From assembly GCA_964573695.1 (NCBI GenBank), contig CAZNKB010000002.1:44302-108301 (forward strand): a DNA stretch of 64,000 bases, given 5' to 3'. Every line of letters begins with the position of its first letter. Positions within the stretch are counted from its first letter, which is position 1. Below, in pieces: positions 50,616 through 60,351 of this stretch. The notes beneath the pieces were generated by a model. It was not told where the DNA came from. It did not search any database and worked only from the letters and a program-made list of their open reading frames with translations. Made by a program: the position numbers and the translations under genes. This stretch comes from an uncultured Gammaproteobacteria bacterium (GTDB lineage Bacteria; Patescibacteriota; Microgenomatia; UBA10105; UBA927).

Positions 50616-51173
50616 TTATTCAAACGACACTTTCACACTCTTTCGTTCTTCCTCATTGGCTGCGAAAAATTCCTTCTCCAGGAATCCGAGCATTTCGTTG
50701 AATAAGGTATTCGGGAACGTCCGGATCCGGATATTGTAGTCGTTTACGACAGAATTGTAATACTGCCTGCTGTAGGCCACCTTGTCCTCGGTATCCGAAA
50801 GTTCCTTTTGGAGCTGAATAAAATTTTCGTTTGCCTTAAGCTGCGGGTAACTCTCCGCCACCGCAAACAGCTTCCCCAAAGCTCCGGTAAGCGCGTCACT
50901 TGCCTCTGCCTTGGCCGGCAATGATTTGGCTCCCATAAGCGCCGTTCGCGCTTTGGTTACCTCGGTAAAGACCGACTTTTCATGCTTGGCATACCCTTTT
51001 ACCGTACTCACGAGATTCGGGATCAAATCTGCACGGCGCTTAAGCTGGATATCTATCTGACTCCATGCCTCCTCAATCTGGGTCTTTAGGGATACCAATC
51101 CGTTGTAGAGTGACCAAAAATACATCACGACGAGGGCTACTGCCCCGAGTCCGATCCAAAGTGTTTGATTCAT
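50616..51173 (-). CDS. lemA: LemA family protein
   Basis: YNGLV...WSQIDIQLKRRADLIPNLV...YPQLKA; GGAGG SD. Confidence 0.96.
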   Translation of the reverse strand: MNQTLWIGLGAVALVVMYFWSLYNGLVSLKTQIEEAWSQIDIQLKRRADLIPNLVSTVKGYAKHEKSVFTEVTKARTALMGAKSLPAKAEASDALTGALGKLFAVAESYPQLKANENFIQLQKELSDTEDKVAYSRQYYNSVVNDYNIRIRTFPNTLFNEMLGFLEKEFFAANEEERKSVKVSFE

Positions 51174-51191
51174 AAATATCCTCCTCCTTTT

Positions 51192-51455
51192 TTAGGATGC
51201 TGCTTTTTTTATAACTAATTTGCCCTGCTCTAGTGTAATTTCCCCCCGCCCTATCGCTGCGTAGTGCCTGCTGATTTCGAGACCGCGATTTTTGTGTCCC
51301 ATGCCTATCATGTGATCCGTCCGTACGTGTCGTTCGATCGCCTCTAGCGTCTCGTGCTCGCCGACAAATCCCATTGCTCCTGCACCGAAAAAACGAGCCG
51401 TTCTACAAATTTCGGGTTTACGTGGTTTGTCATACGATGTTATCTCATAAACCAC
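51192..51455 (-). CDS. Small hypothetical protein
   Basis: 87 aa ORF filling the gap between polX and lemA; start uncertain. Confidence 0.4.
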   Translation of the reverse strand: MVYEITSYDKPRKPEICRTARFFGAGAMGFVGEHETLEAIERHVRTDHMIGMGHKNRGLEISRHYAAIGRGEITLEQGKLVIKKAAS

Positions 51456-53212
51456 GCCCTGAATTTATTATAGTCCAAGCAATTTTGTATGTCACGTTTT
51501 GTCGCCCATCCGCGTCGTGCGACCACCACTCCATAACGCATAAGATCCATGTGTTCTACCGCGTGAGCATCAGTATCGATCGTGAGTTTGACTCCCTGTT
51601 TGATCGCGTCAAATACCAAACTATCCGACAGATCGAGCCGCTCAGGAAACGCATTGATCTCCAAAGCGACATCTCGCAAACGGGCAACATCAAAAACTTT
51701 GGGCCAATCCGCATCCACTCCCTCCCTGCTTCCCAATAATCTTCCCGAAGGATGCCCGAAGATGCGCACTTTGGGGTGCGCACCAAGCGCTGCGATAATC
51801 CGGTTTGTCACCTGCTCCTTGGGCTGGGTAAACGCAGAATGAATAGACACAATCACTCCGTCGACATACTCCATAGCGGGCTCGGGTAGTGCAAGTCGCC
51901 CGTCCGGCAGGATGTCGACTTCGCACATGAGAAACATCTCCATATGCTTTTTGTGGGTTCGTTTCCAGGAAGCGACGTGACGCTCGTATGCGTCTTTGCG
52001 CCGCTTCATGATGTCCACGATCTCCCTCGGGGATTGGTTTGCTCTCGGGTTGTGATCCGAAAATCCGATATAGTCATACCCCAGCGCTTCGGCTTTGGTA
52101 AGCAACTCCTCTATGGAATTTTTGCCCAGATCATGAGAGGAATTGAGGTCGAAACTTGAATGCACGTGCAGGTCTCCGCGCATATCCTTGAGAGAGACAA
52201 GCGTGGGCAACGTCCCGCGTGTAGCAGCGTCTATCTCGCCTCTGTCCTCACGGAGCTCCGGGGGAATAAACGACAACCCTACCGCTTTATAAAATCCTTC
52301 TTCCGAACTGTATTTTTTGACCTTACCGGTCTTTACGTCTTTGATCCCGTATTCGTTAAGCGACAAGCCCTGCTCAAGCGCACGCGAACGAAGGGCGATG
52401 TTATGATTTTTGCTCCCGGTGAAATACTGCAGCATGGCCCCATACGCATCCGGCGTCTGCACCCGCAAGTCGGCCTGCCTGCCGTTGGACAAAAGCAACG
52501 TCGCACCACGGGGGCCGTGATCTATCACTTTCTGATGAGGAAATGTCAAAAACTGTTTGAGCACCACTTCCGGCTTACGGGTGGCGACTGCTATATCGAT
52601 ATCGCCGATTGTCGACACTTGGCGCCGCAAACTCCCGAGGACGTCGATATGCTCTACCGATCCGCCCTTTTGTATATGCGCAATCACCTCATTAGCCACC
52701 TGATCAGCGTACGGAAGCGGCATGCGGTTTTCTTTGATCGCTCCCCGCTTATAAATCGCTATCGACTCCAAAATGACAGACTGGGACTTTTCCCCGAAGC
52801 CCTCAATCGGTGCGATTTTGCCGGCTTTTGCCGCCTTTTCCACATCCTCAATGACTGTTTTGGCGTCCGTAAGTTTGAGGGTGTTGACCAAGACAAATGC
52901 TTTTTTGGGACCCAAACCCGGCACCAGAAGAAGCGGAAATATCGCCTGCGGCACGCGGGCAAAAACCGTTTCCCAATGTTTGGATTTACCCAGCCGGAAC
53001 AGTTCATCGAGGTTGCTTGCGATCCCGCCGCCTACCCCCGGGATGTCTTCCAGTTTATGGTCGTCCCAATAGTCCTTCACTTCGCTTGTTAAATGTTCGA
53101 TGCTGTCAGCGGCTCTCTCGTAGGCGATAATACGGAATCTGTTTTCACCCAATATCAAATACGCGGCTGCAACTTTACGAAGCAGTTCGGCAATTTGGGG
53201 GTTTGTCATCAT
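51440..53212 (-). CDS. polX: DNA polymerase X / PHP phosphoesterase
   Basis: HhH motifs, GSLRR, GDIDI, YFTGSK, HVHS, SDH, TDAH. Confidence 0.95.
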   Translation of the reverse strand: MMTNPQIAELLRKVAAAYLILGENRFRIIAYERAADSIEHLTSEVKDYWDDHKLEDIPGVGGGIASNLDELFRLGKSKHWETVFARVPQAIFPLLLVPGLGPKKAFVLVNTLKLTDAKTVIEDVEKAAKAGKIAPIEGFGEKSQSVILESIAIYKRGAIKENRMPLPYADQVANEVIAHIQKGGSVEHIDVLGSLRRQVSTIGDIDIAVATRKPEVVLKQFLTFPHQKVIDHGPRGATLLLSNGRQADLRVQTPDAYGAMLQYFTGSKNHNIALRSRALEQGLSLNEYGIKDVKTGKVKKYSSEEGFYKAVGLSFIPPELREDRGEIDAATRGTLPTLVSLKDMRGDLHVHSSFDLNSSHDLGKNSIEELLTKAEALGYDYIGFSDHNPRANQSPREIVDIMKRRKDAYERHVASWKRTHKKHMEMFLMCEVDILPDGRLALPEPAMEYVDGVIVSIHSAFTQPKEQVTNRIIAALGAHPKVRIFGHPSGRLLGSREGVDADWPKVFDVARLRDVALEINAFPERLDLSDSLVFDAIKQGVKLTIDTDAHAVEHMDLMRYGVVVARRGWATKRDIQNCLDYNKFRAWFMR

Positions 53213-53320
53213 AATTACGGCCTCTCAATCATAACAAATCGCTTGAACGGCCTCAATTATCATGATAAGATCAAAGTCGTCTGGGATCGGAGGCTTTTTG
53301 AAAAATCGAATATAACCAAC

Positions 53321-53395
53321 GGGATCGTAGCTCAGCCTGGTTAGAGCGCCTCCCTGTCAAGGAGGAGGTCGCCGGTTCGAGTCCGGTCGGTCCCG
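53321..53395 (+). tRNA. tRNA-Asp(GTC)
   Basis: CCTCC-CTGTCAA-GGAGG anticodon arm, GCCGG-TTCGAGT-CCGGT T arm; TTGAAC-17-TAAGAT promoter at 53243-53271. Confidence 0.97.
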
Positions 53396-53434
53396 CAAGT
53401 TCCTATCTCTGCCTGGAACGGAGGAAATGAATAG

Positions 53435-53980
53435 ATGGTAGAACAACTCAAAAAGAAATTAAGCAATCCAGATTCTTTGGTTTCACTCTTTTTAGGCATT
53501 GCTGTCGTTGCAGTTATCGTCGTCATGATTTTTAACTACATCAAAGAGAAAAAGGCGACCGACAACACGCAAGCAGACGCAAAGACAGAGCAAAATGCTA
53601 CCGCCTCGGCCACAGCCACGACGCATACCGTCGCAGTTGGAGACACACTTTGGAGTATAGCAACAGCAAAAATAGGCAGTGGGTACAACTGGGTCGATAT
53701 CAGAGACGCAAACAAACTTACAAATGCCGACCGGATAGAAGTCGGACAACAGTTGATAATTCCGGCCGTAGCCAAACGTGAGCCAGGACAAATAGAGGCA
53801 GCGACAGTCGAAGTCAAACGTCCGGCAGACGGAAAATATACAGTCGTCAAAGGCGATACGTTATGGAAAATCGCCACGGCAGTATATGGCACCGGTTTCC
53901 GCTGGTCAGAAATCGCCAAGGCAAATAATTTATCGAATCCGAATCTGATCTTTAGCGGCAACGTCCTGACGCTGCCCTAA
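53435..53980 (+). CDS. Membrane-anchored tandem LysM protein
   Basis: TM helix plus two LysM domains (HTVAVGDTLWSIA; YTVVKGDTLWKIA). Confidence 0.93.
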   Translation: MVEQLKKKLSNPDSLVSLFLGIAVVAVIVVMIFNYIKEKKATDNTQADAKTEQNATASATATTHTVAVGDTLWSIATAKIGSGYNWVDIRDANKLTNADRIEVGQQLIIPAVAKREPGQIEAATVEVKRPADGKYTVVKGDTLWKIATAVYGTGFRWSEIAKANNLSNPNLIFSGNVLTLP

Positions 53981-54036
53981 AAGTGTTTTTTTGATACACT
54001 GGAAAAAGGGAATCCTACACATGGGAATCCCTTGTC

Positions 54037-54084
54037 GCGGGATTAGTCGCCTCTTCGGCGACCCGCCGATGAGGCGGGTACACT
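54037..54084 (+). repeat. Degenerate duplicated tRNA-Gly 5' end interrupted by two hairpins
   Basis: GCGGGATTAGT-[CGCCTCTTCGGCGACCCGCCGATGAGGCGGGT]-ACACT versus the tRNA GCGGGCGTAGT-ACACT. Confidence 0.75.
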
Positions 54085-54087
54085 CAT

Positions 54088-54354
54088 ATGTATTATGTTT
54101 ACGTATTGGTAAGCAAGATAAATAAGAGTAAATACATAGGCTCAACAAGTAATCTTAAACAACGAATCAGTGATCATAACGAAAAACAAGGGGGCACGTA
54201 TACCAAAAAATATGCCCCCTTTGATTTAGTTTTCTATGAGGCCTATCTTGCAAAGAAAGATGCGATGAAACAAGAATTATTTTATAAGAGCGGGTACGGA
54301 CGAGAAGTATTACATGGTAAAATTGAATGGAGTCTAAAGTTAGTGCGGGCGTAG
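54088..54354 (+). CDS. Small GIY-YIG nuclease (UPF0213/SLX1-like)
   Basis: YYVYVL...YIGST.NLKQRISDHN...YEAY...AMKQE...KSGYGR; the stop codon is tRNA-Gly nt 8-10. Confidence 0.92.
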   Translation: MYYVYVLVSKINKSKYIGSTSNLKQRISDHNEKQGGTYTKKYAPFDLVFYEAYLAKKDAMKQELFYKSGYGREVLHGKIEWSLKLVRA

Positions 54355-54415
54355 TACACTGGTAGTATATATCCTTCCCAAGGATAGGAAGAGGGTTCGA
54401 TTCCCTTCGCCCGCT
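54345..54415 (+). tRNA. tRNA-Gly(CCC)
   Basis: TATCC-TTCCCAA-GGATA anticodon arm, GAGGG-TTCGATT-CCCTT T arm. Confidence 0.95.
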
Positions 54416-54438
54416 CAAATTTGCTACACTGGTTCTCT

Positions 54439-55383
54439 ATGCTCCAGCATATCCTACTTTATATCGTATCGTTTGTCGGTATATGGATAGGGGCGGGACT
54501 TGCGATATCGTCAGTCGTTAAACTCTCGCACCGACTTCGATTATCTTCTTTTATCGTTTCATTTCTCATCCTTGGCTTTTTTACGTCTATCAGCGAATTT
54601 TCGGTAGGCATCAATGCGGTTCTCGATAACGACCCCGAAATATTTGTCGGCAATTTAATCGGGGCTTCAATCGTACTTTTTATGTTGGTTATACCTCTGC
54701 TCGCTATCACAGGGAAACAAATCCGAATAAGTAAAGAACTGCAGGGCGTCAATCTTGTATTACCCCTTATCGTCGTAGCCGTTCCCGTACTCTTATCACT
54801 GGACGGTTCCGTAAACCGGATAGATGCGGCAATATCACTCATTCTATACGGTATTTCCGCGTTCATTATCGAACAAAAACGCGGATTCACCAGCAATCCA
54901 GCACTATTTAAACAATTTGCGAAGGCAAAAGTCAGTGTTGAGTTTGGAAAAATAATTGCCGGCGTTGCCGTAATTTTCGCTTCCAGTCATTTGGTGGTTA
55001 CAGAAACTCTCTATTTTTCCGAATACTTCGGACTCTCGCCATTTCTTATCAGCTTACTTCTTGTAGCTATTGGCACCAACCTGCCGGAACTGTCGTTTAT
55101 CGTCCGGTCATTGTTTATGAAAAGCAACCAAGTGGCATTCGGGGATTATCTGGGATCTGCTGCATTCAATACGTTTCTGTACGGATTTCTAACACTATGT
55201 TTTGGGAGGACAATCCTGCTTACCAACAACTATGTCGTGAGTCTTACGTTTCTTATTGTCGGGCTTGTACTATTTTATATATTCGCCCGCAGTAAACACA
55301 CGATCTCCAAAAGCGAAGCGGCGGGATTATTTGCTATCTACGTCCTTTTCCTATTCACCGAATACTATCTGCACAAAGGCTAA
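54439..55383 (+). CDS. Na+/Ca2+ exchanger (CaCA) family protein
   Basis: Alpha repeats TSISE...GNLIGAS and GTNLPE...GDYLGSA. Confidence 0.88.
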   Translation: MLQHILLYIVSFVGIWIGAGLAISSVVKLSHRLRLSSFIVSFLILGFFTSISEFSVGINAVLDNDPEIFVGNLIGASIVLFMLVIPLLAITGKQIRISKELQGVNLVLPLIVVAVPVLLSLDGSVNRIDAAISLILYGISAFIIEQKRGFTSNPALFKQFAKAKVSVEFGKIIAGVAVIFASSHLVVTETLYFSEYFGLSPFLISLLLVAIGTNLPELSFIVRSLFMKSNQVAFGDYLGSAAFNTFLYGFLTLCFGRTILLTNNYVVSLTFLIVGLVLFYIFARSKHTISKSEAAGLFAIYVLFLFTEYYLHKG

Positions 55384-55391
55384 CGAAAGAA

Positions 55392-56375
55392 TTAGTTGAG
55401 GAACGTGCGGATGTTCTCCACATGCTCTTCATACGTTACTGCACAGTGAATCTGCCGATCTGGCGAATGCAGATAAAAAATACAATCGGTTTCCTCGGGA
55501 TTAAGAACCGCTTCAATGGCCGCTAGTCCCGGATTGCTGATAGGACCCGGAGGTAAGCCTTTGTTGCGGTAGGTGTTGTAAGGCGAATCCCGATATTTGT
55601 CCGCCGGCACCACTCTCGACCACCAGCCGTCGTTTGCATTACCTTTGACATATTGGAGCGTCGCGTCGATTTCGAGCTTCATATCCTTGTCGAGCCGGTT
55701 CCAAATCACACCGGCAATGAGCGCCTTATCACTATCGCCGCCGGATTCGCGCTCTATAAGCGATGCGATTTTTATCGCGGTCGTCCATTTGATGTTTTTG
55801 GCCGTAAATTTATCGAGGTACGGTGCGAATTTTTCGTTGAATCGATCGATAAACCGCTTCGCAACAGCCGACACCGGCTCGTCGGTCGGGAGCAAATACG
55901 TATCGGGAAAATATACGCCTTCGGAATACTCAGGTGAATCTTTGTTGTACATGTTCCACTGAGCTTCCTCTTCAAGGGTCCACCCGAGTATAGTAGCGAG
56001 ATATTCGCCGACCTGCTCTTTGCGGATCCCTTCTCGGATACTTACCCACACCAACTGAGGCGGGCTGGTTAACGCCGTCACCAATGACCAGGCAGTCATG
56101 GACGGATTAAGGCGGTAGCCGCCGGGAACTGTAGATTTACCAGGGCCAAATAACATCATGAACCAACGAAATGCCGTCTCATTCCGTATAAGACGCTGAG
56201 CATACAACTCCTTCGGCACATCAAAATCAGCCGAAAGTTGGGGAACCACAAACACGATGTCATCCGCTGTCTTCCCCCCGACCGGACCTAACAGCTTCCA
56301 CATCCCAATGGAAATAAGGCTTAATGAAACGACAAATGCTATAACGAACGGGAGAATATGCTTCATCGGGAACAA
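55392..56375 (-). CDS. mltG: Endolytic transglycosylase MltG/YceG
   Basis: EGVYFPDTY, ASLIERE, SPYNTY...GLPPGPISNPG. Confidence 0.94.
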   Translation of the reverse strand: MFPMKHILPFVIAFVVSLSLISIGMWKLLGPVGGKTADDIVFVVPQLSADFDVPKELYAQRLIRNETAFRWFMMLFGPGKSTVPGGYRLNPSMTAWSLVTALTSPPQLVWVSIREGIRKEQVGEYLATILGWTLEEEAQWNMYNKDSPEYSEGVYFPDTYLLPTDEPVSAVAKRFIDRFNEKFAPYLDKFTAKNIKWTTAIKIASLIERESGGDSDKALIAGVIWNRLDKDMKLEIDATLQYVKGNANDGWWSRVVPADKYRDSPYNTYRNKGLPPGPISNPGLAAIEAVLNPEETDCIFYLHSPDRQIHCAVTYEEHVENIRTFLN

Positions 56376-56405
56376 AAAGTGTTTTCCTCATGATACAATC
56401 AACGC

Positions 56406-57281
56406 GTGGAAAACTCCATGACGATACTCACTCCCGACGACTGGAAAGACTACGAACTTATCGACAGCGGCAACGGCGCTAAATTGGAACGTTTTGGGAC
56501 GTACATTATTGCCCGGCCCGATCCGCGGGCGATCTGGCTCCGCAGGGCGCCCGTCGCCGTATGGAACCAGGCCCATGCCGTATATGTACGCGGAACAAAA
56601 GACGAAGGACATTGGGATATCCGCGTCAAACCTCCCTCAGACTGGTCTATCCGATACCATAATATGGTTTTTACCCTTAAACCGACATCATTTAAACATG
56701 TCGGTGTGTTTCCCGAACAAGCCGTTAACTGGCAGTGGATGAAGCACATTATCACCGGCAAAAAAAGCCGAATCCTCAATCTTTTCGCTTATACCGGAGG
56801 AGCCACTATGGCGGCAGCCGAAGCAGGAAGCGACGTGACACACGTAGACAGCGCCAAAAGTGCGATCGAATGGGCAAAAGCGAACGTACAAGCATCAGGG
56901 CTCGCTTCCAAGCCGATCCGCTGGATTACCGATGACGCATATAAATTCGTGCAACGCGAAGCACGAAGAGGCAACACCTACGACGGATTCGTACTCGATC
57001 CTCCGCGGTTCGGCCGTGGCACCAAAGGCGAAGTCTGGAAAATAGAAGACGATCTCCCGAAATTACTAAATGCACTTCGCCCGCTTCTCTCACCCAACGT
57101 GCGATTTATTTTGATCAATGCCTATACCGCCGATTTATCCAGTACCGTCATTTCTCGATTATTAAGCGACCTCACGGACCTGTTGGGCGGGACACATACA
57201 AGCGGTGAATTGGCACTTCGGGATTCCTCGGGTAATCAGCTCCTGCCAAATGGTATTTTTGCCCGGTGGTCAGCTTTGTGA
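56406..57281 (+). CDS. SAM-dependent methyltransferase (RlmI/RlmK-related)
   Basis: LNLFAYTGG, HVD, LDPPRF. Confidence 0.88.
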   Translation: MENSMTILTPDDWKDYELIDSGNGAKLERFGTYIIARPDPRAIWLRRAPVAVWNQAHAVYVRGTKDEGHWDIRVKPPSDWSIRYHNMVFTLKPTSFKHVGVFPEQAVNWQWMKHIITGKKSRILNLFAYTGGATMAAAEAGSDVTHVDSAKSAIEWAKANVQASGLASKPIRWITDDAYKFVQREARRGNTYDGFVLDPPRFGRGTKGEVWKIEDDLPKLLNALRPLLSPNVRFILINAYTADLSSTVISRLLSDLTDLLGGTHTSGELALRDSSGNQLLPNGIFARWSAL

Positions 57282-57321
57282 CCTATCGATAATTTGATAC
57301 AATAGAGTACGTTTCTGTAGT

Positions 57322-57395
57322 GCCCCTTTAGCTCAACGGCAGAGCAGCGGTATCGTAAACCGTAGATGTCAGTCCAATTCTGACAAGGGGCTCCA
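57322..57395 (+). tRNA. tRNA-Thr(CGT), atypical T loop, encoded CCA
   Basis: GCCCCTT/AAGGGGC acceptor stem, GCGGT-ATCGTAA-ACCGT anticodon arm, GTCAG-TCCAATT-CTGAC T arm, TCCA end. Confidence 0.88.
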
Positions 57396-58105
57396 TGGTT
57401 CATTCACGACTCCGCCGGTTTGAAGAAAAAAACGCCTCGCGACGTATAGCGGTAGCATTGATCGGCACTATAGCACTGCTCGTGTTTTTCGCGTTGTTTG
57501 GTCTTCGGATGCTCATTGGGTTTAGTTTGCTTATCGACCGCATTCGCGGCGGATCAGCGTCTCCACAACCACAACAATCCGTCATTCTTCCGCCGGTATT
57601 GGATCCTCTGCCGGAAGCGACCAGCAGCGCGACGATAACAGTCCATGGGAAGGCGACACCCAAAGCCGGACTTATCCTATATCTCAATAATACGGAATAC
57701 AAAAAGCTACAAGTTGGAGATAACGGCCTGTTTGAAGAACAAAATATTCCCGTGGAAGAAGGATCCGTCACCATAAGCGCCAAAACCGTAGATGAAAAAA
57801 ATGCGGTCAGCGAACTTTCCAATGTCCTCACGTCGACCGTCGACCGGACAGCCCCCAAGCTCACGGTCGACAAACCGGAAGACCGGTCAACTATCAATGA
57901 CGGCACACACAAAGTGACGGTAAACGGACTCACGGACGAAGATATGAAAGTTACGATTAACGGCCGCATTGTCGTCGTCAAATCCGACGGGTCATTTAGT
58001 TACAGCATGCCGCTTAATGACGGAGAAAACAAACTGACTATTCTCTCTCACGACCCCGCAGGAAACGAAACGAAAGTGGAACGCACCGTCATGTATCAGC
58101 CGTAA
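57395..58105 (+). CDS. Membrane-anchored protein with two bacterial Ig-like domains
   Basis: TM helix followed by VDRTAPKLTV...LNDGENKLTI...DPAGN. Confidence 0.85.
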   Translation: MVHSRLRRFEEKNASRRIAVALIGTIALLVFFALFGLRMLIGFSLLIDRIRGGSASPQPQQSVILPPVLDPLPEATSSATITVHGKATPKAGLILYLNNTEYKKLQVGDNGLFEEQNIPVEEGSVTISAKTVDEKNAVSELSNVLTSTVDRTAPKLTVDKPEDRSTINDGTHKVTVNGLTDEDMKVTINGRIVVVKSDGSFSYSMPLNDGENKLTILSHDPAGNETKVERTVMYQP

Positions 58106-59267
58106 GACGCTCAGTTACTCCTGTCCCCACCCACATCCACACAAGTACCCAAGGATAAAACAGACTATTGATAAATATACTATGGACGACGAGTGCGGAG
58201 AGCGTACTTATGTATCCTGCCGCAACGAGGCGCTGTTTGGTATTTCCCCGTAATCCGGGAATGGCCATACGGAATAAACGAACGATAAGCCACAGATAAA
58301 CCGCCATGCCGATTATCCCCGTCGTCGCTCCGACAAATAGCATGCTCGTATCGAGTCCCGAGCCGCTACGCGACGGGATGAGGCTCTCGTCGATCCAGCT
58401 ATGATCGGTCGCCACAAACCGCAACAGATTATATCCGTGTCCGAACACCGGTTTTTCCCGGATGAGTGTGAGGGCACGCTCGGCGTTCCCTATTCTCGCA
58501 TACGAAGAAACAGTGCGAAAAAGACTTCTCCCCTCACCCGTATGCGGAAGCACAAGGAGTAATGCGATAACCGCCGCAAGAATCCCGCCCATAAGCGCCT
58601 TGCGCTTTGTCAGTATGCCGAATATCAAAAATCCTACCCCTGCGGCAAGCAGGCTGCTTCGTGAATAGGTAAGGATCAGCGCGGCCAACACAACGAGAAG
58701 ACCGCCCACATGAACAGCCGATACCTTTTTCTGTACGGCGCTAAGCAAAGCTATAGCAGTCATGACGAAGATAATCCCGCTAAAATTCGGATCCAATAAC
58801 GTGCTAAAAAGCCGCTGATAGTGCGGATCCCACCCCAGGTAATACAGGTTCCGCAGATCCGGATACCACAGATACTGCACAAACCCTATTCCCGAAATTC
58901 CAAGCCCCGAATACACAAGCAAGGTAACCCAAGTCCCCGGAGCGATGAGGTTGCTGGAAGCGACCCAATACAATGCCGCGTAGGACACCCAACGAAGAAC
59001 ATAGAGAAGTCCTCCTCCGATCACATAGGTCGGCACGTTTCCGTACGTCAGTGCAAGAGAAACAATAGTCACTGCCCCAAATGCCAAAATCGGACCCCAA
59101 AGTGGAGGGATATATCGCTTCTTCCCCTGTTTGGTAGCGGAGTAAAGTAAAACAAGTACCACGGAAACATCCAGAAACATGAAGCGAGCACCCGCTGTAA
59201 ACGGCAGCGACAACACCTGACCACCGATGAGCCCGATCCACAACAAAGCAAGAATTATCGTTTGCAT
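58089..59267 (-). CDS. O-antigen ligase/polymerase family protein
   Basis: Multi-TM; RLFSTLLDPN, TYSRSS, PVFGHG. Confidence 0.85.
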   Translation of the reverse strand: MQTIILALLWIGLIGGQVLSLPFTAGARFMFLDVSVVLVLLYSATKQGKKRYIPPLWGPILAFGAVTIVSLALTYGNVPTYVIGGGLLYVLRWVSYAALYWVASSNLIAPGTWVTLLVYSGLGISGIGFVQYLWYPDLRNLYYLGWDPHYQRLFSTLLDPNFSGIIFVMTAIALLSAVQKKVSAVHVGGLLVVLAALILTYSRSSLLAAGVGFLIFGILTKRKALMGGILAAVIALLLVLPHTGEGRSLFRTVSSYARIGNAERALTLIREKPVFGHGYNLLRFVATDHSWIDESLIPSRSGSGLDTSMLFVGATTGIIGMAVYLWLIVRLFRMAIPGLRGNTKQRLVAAGYISTLSALVVHSIFINSLFYPWVLVWMWVGTGVTERLTADT

Positions 59268-59268
59268 A

Positions 59269-60351
59269 TTACAATGTCTGCCACCACACCAAAAGAGTAC
59301 CGATCCCAACATGCGAGGCGATAAGCCACCCCAATGGCATGGTATCAAGAAATCCGCTCGAGGCAAAATTCCAACTGACGAGGAAATAACTTACAGCCAA
59401 TGTCGCTCGTTGGTGCCACCTTTGCCTGATAGTCCAGAGCGTAATAAACGTAGGGATAAGCACGACGAAGTGGTGCTGCCACGCGATAGGCTCCATAAGA
59501 AGCAAAGCCGGAAAAAACATCCACACGCTATGGGCAAACGTCTGCTGTTTTTTCCTTATGAGGAGCATACATGCAAATAGCATGAGGAGAACTCCGACTG
59601 CGACAGGCAGCACCGGGGATACAAGCCCGGCGCGTGTAAGTAACCCGGTAAGGCTCTGGTTATAATAGATACCTGCATCGCGAAATCCCGAAGCGGCCGG
59701 CATCATCCGATTTGCATACTCGATATACGACTCTACCTTCCAATACAAAAGAGAAACACCCACCGCAACCCCAAGCGTGCCTAAGCTCCCCCACAGCATC
59801 TTCCAGCGCCGCCGAAGCAGAATAACCGGCAACAGCAGGATAAATTCGGGCTTAAATAGCCAGGAAATTCCCATGAGTATCCCGCTCAGCATCGGATAGC
59901 GCCGCTCTTCTAACGCGACAGACGCGACGATCAAGAAAAGCGCGATGAAGTTCACTTGCCCCATACCGAGAGTGAACTGCGTCGGAAATGAAAGATACGA
60001 AAAAGCAAGAATCACGCCGATATCGAGAGCTTTATACATACCCGCCGATCGGGCAAGATATATCCCTATCATGATAAGACACCCGAAAGAAACCAGTACC
60101 CATATGGCTTGGCTTACCGCAAAAGGAATGAGCTGCAACGGAGCAAAAAGTAAAAGTGACGCCGGCGGCAATAAATGAATCGGTGAAATGACCTGCTGCG
60201 TCGCTTCCTGGGCCGCCTGATAATAATATGCGAAATCAGGCGCGCTGGAACTGACAATACGCCAGAGCGAATACGTAGCTTTGAGAGCGGCGAGGGCGAC
60301 AAACAACGCCAGTAAGATGCGGATTATTCGGCGTGTTGCTGGAGCTGCCAT
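59269..60351 (-). CDS. GT87/DUF2029-like membrane glycosyltransferase
   Basis: DFAYYY, GQVN, FKP, NQSL, WQHH. Confidence 0.85.
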   Translation of the reverse strand: MAAPATRRIIRILLALFVALAALKATYSLWRIVSSSAPDFAYYYQAAQEATQQVISPIHLLPPASLLLFAPLQLIPFAVSQAIWVLVSFGCLIMIGIYLARSAGMYKALDIGVILAFSYLSFPTQFTLGMGQVNFIALFLIVASVALEERRYPMLSGILMGISWLFKPEFILLLPVILLRRRWKMLWGSLGTLGVAVGVSLLYWKVESYIEYANRMMPAASGFRDAGIYYNQSLTGLLTRAGLVSPVLPVAVGVLLMLFACMLLIRKKQQTFAHSVWMFFPALLLMEPIAWQHHFVVLIPTFITLWTIRQRWHQRATLAVSYFLVSWNFASSGFLDTMPLGWLIASHVGIGTLLVWWQTL

